64,000 bases of DNA, from positions 1-64,000 of IMG/VR virus record IMGVR_UViG_3300021519_000008. One strand, 5' to 3'. This DNA is from an uncultured virus (IMG/VR IMGVR_UViG_3300021519_000008) (Duplodnaviria; Heunggongvirae; Uroviricota; Caudoviricetes). Below, piece by piece: positions 57,679 through 64,000 of the stretch (positions are counted from its first letter, which is position 1; each line of letters opens with the position of its first letter). The notes under the pieces are model-generated. The model was not told the DNA's origin. It searched no databases and saw only the letters and a list, made by a program, of their open reading frames with translations. The translations under genes were made by a program, and so were the position numbers.

Positions 57679-59364
57679 ATGCCAATTTCAGCTAACCATA
57701 ACAGATTTGCAGACTCCCAGTACATATCTGCTTTACCTGCAGATGATCTTATTAACTTAGCAGTTAAGAAGCAAGAGATGTACACTGAGGGACTTACTAA
57801 AGTTCAACAGAGTGTAGACGCTTACGGACAACTCAGAAACAATATCAAGACTGACGTAGAACGTGAGTACTTTGATAAGACAATGGACAACCTAGTAAAG
57901 ACTATTAACAGTAGTGCTGGATTAGACTTTTCTATGAAGGGTAATGTACAAGCAGTCCTAAACATAGGTAAACCTTTAGAAAGAGATGAGTATATTACTA
58001 CAGCTATCTCTAACGGTAATGAGATTACTCGTAGACAAGAAACTTTAGGTAAACTTAAATCTGATGAAAGAAGTGCTGCTAACGATGCTGACTACTTTGA
58101 GGATGTACAAGACTACATGAAGAGTGGTAAACTAGGATACAAACTAGGAAGTAAAGAATATACTCCATACATTGATATCTCAAAAGAAATCAATGAGCGT
58201 ATGAAGGGGGCTAAAGAAAATGGTACGGTAGATATTATGATGGATGGTAAGTACATTAAAACAGAATCTACAAAAGGTTTAACTAACAATCAAGTTGCTG
58301 CAAAAATTAGAGCAGGACTAGGAGGTAAAGAATACAACCAACTTCGTATAGATGCAATGTATGACCTCAAACAACGAGGAGTAGAACAAGGACATGCTGA
58401 AGTAGTTAATTATTATGCTAATCTTAAACAAACAAGTGAAGCTATTCTATTACAAAGCCAAAACAATCTTAAAGCGGCACAGGATACTTATGCTAAAACA
58501 CCTACAGAAAGTGCAAGACTAGACCTTGAGGCTGTTAGAGGGCCTTTAGAAGAAGCAAGAGTTCAAGTAGAAGTAGCTAATAAGAACTTAACTAAAGTAT
58601 CTGATCCAGCTAACTTTAATCCTAATCAATATGTTAACTTGTTTACGGATAAGTTTATCTCTAATCAGTCTAATGCATATGTTTACAAACAGGTAGAAGC
58701 AAAAATTGAAGCCGATCCTTACGGTACAATTGAAGCAAATTCAAGAAAAGCAATGAACTTGGCTGCTTATAATAGTCAATTACGTATGCAAGAGAATGAA
58801 CAAAAATCAAATTTAACTTCAGCTAAACTTCCTGCAGATGCTCGTGTTATTTCTGGTCAAGACGTCTATGACTTAGGAGGTGATCCAACTAAACTGATGG
58901 ATGCAATAGTACAGAACTCTTCTAAAGCAGATCCTAAAATAGGAACTGATATAACAGAAGCTAAAGCTTTATTAGAAAAAGCAGCTATCTCTACTAATCA
59001 AGGAAGAGCAGATATTCAAAAAGCTATTACTTCGTTAAGAGCTTCTTATAATACTCTTTTGGAAGATCACGATGTGCAAGATAAAGCTTTAGATGGTCTT
59101 ATAAGAAAGACTCAAGCAATACTTTCAGGATACAATAACTATGAAAATAAACTTGCAGCTAAAGATAGTAAGTTTAAAAAGGGTGAATTCCAAGAAGTTA
59201 ATTATGGTAAAGGAACTATGCCAGTAGATGAATACTTTAAATTACCTTTTATGCAGTTATTGCAATCCGACCAAACTCAGATATACTCAAGGGCTCAAAG
59301 ATCTACTAGTACCAATGATTGGATGAATGGTATGCCTATAGATAATCCTCCAACAACACCATAA
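57679..59364 (+). CDS. Helical internal cargo/ejection protein
   Basis: 561 aa, helical; synteny. Confidence 0.6.
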   Translation: MPISANHNRFADSQYISALPADDLINLAVKKQEMYTEGLTKVQQSVDAYGQLRNNIKTDVEREYFDKTMDNLVKTINSSAGLDFSMKGNVQAVLNIGKPLERDEYITTAISNGNEITRRQETLGKLKSDERSAANDADYFEDVQDYMKSGKLGYKLGSKEYTPYIDISKEINERMKGAKENGTVDIMMDGKYIKTESTKGLTNNQVAAKIRAGLGGKEYNQLRIDAMYDLKQRGVEQGHAEVVNYYANLKQTSEAILLQSQNNLKAAQDTYAKTPTESARLDLEAVRGPLEEARVQVEVANKNLTKVSDPANFNPNQYVNLFTDKFISNQSNAYVYKQVEAKIEADPYGTIEANSRKAMNLAAYNSQLRMQENEQKSNLTSAKLPADARVISGQDVYDLGGDPTKLMDAIVQNSSKADPKIGTDITEAKALLEKAAISTNQGRADIQKAITSLRASYNTLLEDHDVQDKALDGLIRKTQAILSGYNNYENKLAAKDSKFKKGEFQEVNYGKGTMPVDEYFKLPFMQLLQSDQTQIYSRAQRSTSTNDWMNGMPIDNPPTTP

Positions 59365-59375
59365 AATCCTAACTA

Positions 59376-62300
59376 ATGCCTATAGAACCTGTATATAATG
59401 TACCTCCTAAGAGTGGGATACTAACTAGTCGGACAGTAAAATTAGGAGATACTGAAGCGTCTAGAGGATTGGTTGATGCTGATATTAGTGCTAGAAATAC
59501 TCAAGCACAAGTAGCTCAGATTAATCAACAAAAAGAAGCTATTAAATTAAAAGCAGCTAATGATGCTAAGATTGATGGAGCATTGACAACTGCAGCACAA
59601 GTTAATTTAGAAAGTGCAGGAGCATTAAGACCAGGAATTCTATTTGCTCTTCCAAGTGCTAAAGGAACAATGGGTCCTCAGTTGACTACAGAGTATCAGC
59701 TAGTTAACCAAGAGAAAAATAGATCTAAGCAAATTCTTACAGAAAGCTTTGCAGAGAAAGATCCTATCTCAGAAGAGTTAGATAAAAAACTAGGTCAAGT
59801 AGAAGATGAATTGAATGCTTTTACTTCTAGAAAACAACAAGGTTCTGCTATTACTAGTGTAGGAGCAGAAGCAGGAGGAGGAGCAGGAGGATTTTTACAA
59901 GACTTTATTGCAGAGAAGGCTTTAGGACAAGACACTAGTTTAAATAAAGAACAAGAATTAAAGAATACTATTGCTAATCTTAAACAGAGTCAAGCAACTA
60001 TAAACTCTTTTAAATCCGATCTACAACTAAAGAAATTCACTACAGATTATCTGACTGAGTTAAAAGGACAAGGTAAGAAGTTTGGAGAACAAGAAGCAGC
60101 AACTCTAATGCAGAAAGCAAAAGAGATTACAGCAAACCAAAGACATCTTACTAGAGGAGACGATTTGTATGATGACAACACATACAATACTTATATAAAA
60201 GACTTTCAGGGAAAGAATGATTTCTTTGACTGGAGACATACAGACATAAGTTTAGGTAATGCAATAAACTCTGTTTACAATCAAGTAAAATCTGCACAAG
60301 GTCCTGAGAGAGAAGAGTTAGTAGGAGTTCTTAACCAATTACAAGGTTATAGTAAAAGACATGAAGGTTCTAACAAAGACGCTTACGATCATTACTACGG
60401 GGGATCAAAACAATACTACAAAGAGAATACTCCTTGGAAAACTTATTTAGGTAACCAAATTGGAGGAGGAGTTGGAGAAGGATTATACAATGCTTTAGGT
60501 ACAATAGTTAGTACTTCTCAAGATCTACTAGGATACCACTCTGCTGCATTTGCTTCTAGACAAGGTAAGGATAAATACTTTTCAGCTGACATGCTTCAAG
60601 CAGACTTAGATGGAGATGGTAGGATTACAGAAAGAGACCAAGACATTAATGGTCAATATCAGTACATTGGAAAAAATGTTACTTATATAAAAGCAGGAGA
60701 TGGACCAGATAAAAAAGGAAGGGGTGATATAGGTTTTATTGGTCAATCTGTTTTAGGAGCTTCCGTAAGGACTCTTGCAGAAATGGCACCTACTTTATTA
60801 CTTACTAGAGGTATGATGGCAGCAGGTGCTGGCATGCGAATAGCAACCTTTGCTCCAGTTGCTTTAACTTCTACTATTCGTTCTTATGAAGAGAATAGAA
60901 AGTTCTTTAAAGACAAAGGAACTGCAGCGTTAGTAAGTTCTGTTCAGGGAATTATTGAAGGAGCAACTGAATCTATTGTTCCAGACATTAGTTACTTTAT
61001 GGGTAACAAGTCTCTAGGAACAAAAGCTTTAAACAATAGTAGTAGAAAATACTTTACAGCTCAAACCTTAGTTCCTGAGTTTACAACACTTTCTAATGCA
61101 GGTAAAAACTTTCTTTTAGGAACAGTCTATGCAGGAAAAGCTTTAGGTAAACAAACTTTACAAGAAGGTGCTGAAGAAGAACTTTCCATGTTTGCTAATT
61201 ATATCTTAGATAAACAACTTGAAACAAAAGATGATCTTTATGGAAAGAGAGAACAAGAGTTGGATGATAGCAGTGTAGAAGGATTCTTTAAGTCAGTAGC
61301 AAAAACATTTGTAGAATCTGCAGCTGCAGGATTACTTATGTCTGGTACTGCTATAGGAAGTTCTCGTACAGAGGATAGGAACTATATGCGATTTAACATT
61401 GCAAATAATCCTGATCAGTTTAAGGCAGAACTAAAAAGCCAACTAGAAGCAAAGAAGATTACACAAGATCAATATAATAAAGGAATCTTGGAGACAGGTC
61501 GCTTAAGTCAATTACAAGAACAAGCGACAAGTACTATGATGAATCTAGTAGACTCAGAAAATCTATTAGAAGATCATGACAAACAATACGAATACTTTTC
61601 TAAATTACTAACTAGAGATGATCTATTAACTAAAGTAGATTATAATGCTTTGTCTGAAACAGAAAAAGCAGAATACGTTAAGAAAGTAGAGACTGTAGAA
61701 AAAGAGATAGATAGCTTTGAAAATTCAGCAAGACAGTATGCAAACATGCCTAAAGAAGAGAAAGAAGGCATACTGGCTAAAATGTTTCAGAAGAATCTTG
61801 AAACTGTAAAGAACACAAATAATCCTGCAGTACTTTCAGAAAACTTAGAAGCTATTACAGACGCAATTGAGATAGGAGAAAAGACAGGTAAAGGTTCTCA
61901 AGTAGTAATATCAGGAAGACAACAAGTAAGAGAAGCTTTAGTAGGACAGATAGAAAGACTTCAAACTGTAGAGGATAATGGGAACACTGTATATGAGAAT
62001 CAATTATTAAATACTCCTATAGAATCTGCTGGAGAGTCTATGCAGATAAGTAATGCTGTTAAGTTAGAAAACCTATTGACTCAAAATAAAAACTTAGTCA
62101 GCCCTGCAGTAAGACAACAGTTACTTGGTAAGATTGCTCAGGCTTCTAGTGTTGCAAGAGAAAGACTTAATAGCCTTTCTAAGAAAGAACAGAAGAAAGT
62201 TATTGCTAGAGAATTAGCAAGAGTAGAATTAATATACCCTGGTACTGCTTTTAATAAAGAAAGATTAAAGACATTATTTGGTCAAGACTTAACTCAAGAA

Positions 62301-64000
62301 GAACACTCAGAAGTAATACAACAAGCTTCAGTTATAACTGCTAGAGAGAAGGAAACTCTTAAAGACGAAGACATATTACAACCTCAAGACGAGGATATAA
62401 CATTAAACTCTTTACTTAAATCTATTGAAGCTGCTCCTGCAGAGATTCAAGTAGAGAATGAGATGGGTAATGTAGAAACAAAAAGAAATGAAGAAAGAGT
62501 TACTAGAGAGCGTAGAGCTGTTATGTCTATTCCTAGAGCTAAATCTAAAGAACAAGCAAGAGGTAGAGTTAAAGCTATCTTTAAGATACTAGGTTATGAT
62601 ACTGAACAAATAAATAAAGCTTTAGAAGATCTTAACAAAGTATTTGATAATCAAGAAGTTACAAGTCCAGGTGAAATCTATGAAGGATTTCTTCGCTTCC
62701 TTGATTCAAACTTATTACGTTCTTTACCTGATAGAGCTATTACAACTTCAGAAGATGTATTAGCTGAAGAACCTATAGTAACAGAAACAGTAACTACTCC
62801 TACATCTACAGATGCTGTAGCTGATATAGAAAAAAGAAGACAAGAAGAGTTAAACAGAGAGGTGTATGGATATAATTATGAAGTAAACTATAGACCAGAT
62901 GTAGCAGCAGAATATGATACAGTCTTACAAGACTGGATTGACACTCCTAGTTATGCAGAAAGCAGAGAAAGAAATATTGAAGCAAAAAGAAAATATCTAG
63001 AAATCAATGCTAAGTATGATGCGGAATTAGCTGCTTTAGGACAGACTAGCACTACAATATCTGAAGAGGATGCTTTATTTGGAACTAATGAAGAGATTGA
63101 TGCTCGTAGAGGAGCAACAGAAGTTGTTGTACAAGGTCCTACAATAGATGCAGCAGATGAAGTAATAACTGAAACTCCTATTCCTGTAGTGGATCCATTA
63201 GATGGTTTAGAAGTAGTTGCTGCAAAGAGTATAGACTCTCCTAATCTAGTAGCAACTATTCCTACGGTATTTACAAATAGTAATGCAGTAGTACAAAGTT
63301 CTATTATGAGAACGATCAGTCAATCCTTAGAGTCTTTTAATTTAAAGTTAGTAGATATGTTCTCTTTTATAAGAGAGACTTTAGGAGAGTCAGCTATGCC
63401 TACCTTAGAGAAGATCTATAATAATGTAACAGAGGCGCTTAAAACAAACGACACAGAAACTATTGCTAGACTTAAAGAAGAGTACTTAGCTGTATTCAGT
63501 GGTAGTACATTTGCTAATGAGCAGTTAGAATATATCTGGAAAACACAATACGTAAACGGAAAACCTGATGCTTCCATTCCTTTCCAAGACTTAGCTTATG
63601 TTACCAATGGACAGTTTGCTACAGCATATCAAGGAGACGAAGTAATTGTTACTGCAGTAAAAAAAGAGACAGGAGAAGTGTTTACTTATAATGCAACTGT
63701 AACAGGCAAAGTAAATGAATCAAACCAAATCGAAGTAAAGACTCGTAACGGTAATATAGTTTATATTAAGAAGAGCAACCTTCAAACTATTGCTCCTAGA
63801 ACAATAAGTGTAAGAGCAAACTTTAATCAAACTAACTCTATTATGATGACTGCAGTAGATAGAACTACTGGAGAAATTGCTAAGTTTAATTCTAATGGAG
63901 AAAGAGATGCTCAAGGAGATACACAGTTAAATACATTTGTTCCTCAAGCAAACCCAACAATGATTGAAGTAAGAAAGAGTCTTGCTTCAGGTCAACCTGT
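59376..64000 (+). CDS. Giant virion protein, N-terminal >1500 aa (likely the virion RNA polymerase-containing ejection protein), runs off the window end
   Basis: ATG at 59376; frame spot-checked open at several points; Ala/Gly-rich hydrophobic segments and EG.EE-type motifs; catalytic motif not seen in this window. Confidence 0.7.
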   Translation, partial: MPIEPVYNVPPKSGILTSRTVKLGDTEASRGLVDADISARNTQAQVAQINQQKEAIKLKAANDAKIDGALTTAAQVNLESAGALRPGILFALPSAKGTMGPQLTTEYQLVNQEKNRSKQILTESFAEKDPISEELDKKLGQVEDELNAFTSRKQQGSAITSVGAEAGGGAGGFLQDFIAEKALGQDTSLNKEQELKNTIANLKQSQATINSFKSDLQLKKFTTDYLTELKGQGKKFGEQEAATLMQKAKEITANQRHLTRGDDLYDDNTYNTYIKDFQGKNDFFDWRHTDISLGNAINSVYNQVKSAQGPEREELVGVLNQLQGYSKRHEGSNKDAYDHYYGGSKQYYKENTPWKTYLGNQIGGGVGEGLYNALGTIVSTSQDLLGYHSAAFASRQGKDKYFSADMLQADLDGDGRITERDQDINGQYQYIGKNVTYIKAGDGPDKKGRGDIGFIGQSVLGASVRTLAEMAPTLLLTRGMMAAGAGMRIATFAPVALTSTIRSYEENRKFFKDKGTAALVSSVQGIIEGATESIVPDISYFMGNKSLGTKALNNSSRKYFTAQTLVPEFTTLSNAGKNFLLGTVYAGKALGKQTLQEGAEEELSMFANYILDKQLETKDDLYGKREQELDDSSVEGFFKSVAKTFVESAAAGLLMSGTAIGSSRTEDRNYMRFNIANNPDQFKAELKSQLEAKKITQDQYNKGILETGRLSQLQEQATSTMMNLVDSENLLEDHDKQYEYFSKLLTRDDLLTKVDYNALSETEKAEYVKKVETVEKEIDSFENSARQYANMPKEEKEGILAKMFQKNLETVKNTNNPAVLSENLEAITDAIEIGEKTGKGSQVVISGRQQVREALVGQIERLQTVEDNGNTVYENQLLNTPIESAGESMQISNAVKLENLLTQNKNLVSPAVRQQLLGKIAQASSVARERLNSLSKKEQKKVIARELARVELIYPGTAFNKERLKTLFGQDLTQEEHSEVIQQASVITAREKETLKDEDILQPQDEDITLNSLLKSIEAAPAEIQVENEMGNVETKRNEERVTRERRAVMSIPRAKSKEQARGRVKAIFKILGYDTEQINKALEDLNKVFDNQEVTSPGEIYEGFLRFLDSNLLRSLPDRAITTSEDVLAEEPIVTETVTTPTSTDAVADIEKRRQEELNREVYGYNYEVNYRPDVAAEYDTVLQDWIDTPSYAESRERNIEAKRKYLEINAKYDAELAALGQTSTTISEEDALFGTNEEIDARRGATEVVVQGPTIDAADEVITETPIPVVDPLDGLEVVAAKSIDSPNLVATIPTVFTNSNAVVQSSIMRTISQSLESFNLKLVDMFSFIRETLGESAMPTLEKIYNNVTEALKTNDTETIARLKEEYLAVFSGSTFANEQLEYIWKTQYVNGKPDASIPFQDLAYVTNGQFATAYQGDEVIVTAVKKETGEVFTYNATVTGKVNESNQIEVKTRNGNIVYIKKSNLQTIAPRTISVRANFNQTNSIMMTAVDRTTGEIAKFNSNGERDAQGDTQLNTFVPQANPTMIEVRKSLASGQP

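Noticed and set aside
60591..60640. QADLDGD as the RNA polymerase catalytic motif
   Set aside because: Context DLDGDGRITERD fits an EF-hand-like Ca loop and lies in the N-terminal, membrane-like region; the catalytic motif is probably beyond the window
1..64000. Stop-codon reassignment as in some crAss-like phages
   Set aside because: Long genes are intact in code 11, TAG and TGA both end genes, and no suppressor tRNA was seen

Overview
A 64 kb segment of an AT-rich, crAss-like (Crassvirales-type) phage of Bacteroidota. It uses the standard genetic code, and I found no integrase or CRISPR array. Bases 1-9.2 kb are a minus-strand early/accessory arm: a truncated SF2 helicase, a glucosaminidase, many small ORFs, tRNA-Glu, two enlarged tRNA-like RNAs, two tandem twister-type ribozymes, and five gene cassettes each preceded by hairpin + CTCTTCTCY + exactly 5 nt + ATG. 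After a G-run-rich strand switch at about 9.2 kb, the plus strand carries a PRTase-like gene, a 2110-aa modular tail fibre and a lysis cassette interrupted by a homing endonuclease. An 8-gene exported/membrane protein operon follows (HExxH protein, cohesin/dockerin-like T9SS substrate, CsgG-like lipoprotein, beta-barrel candidate with a nested overprinted gene, C-type lectin/dockerin-like protein). Then comes the conserved crAss-like morphogenesis block (terL, portal, scaffold, MCP, ring/hub/muzzle proteins), internal cargo proteins and the 5' part of a giant virion protein. The best candidates for undescribed systems are the phage-encoded cell-surface operon (20.1-26.8 kb), the ribozyme/tRNA-like RNA cluster (2.8-6.8 kb) and the hairpin-motif cassettes (7.9-9.2 kb). 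All calls come from reading motifs by eye; no searches were run.
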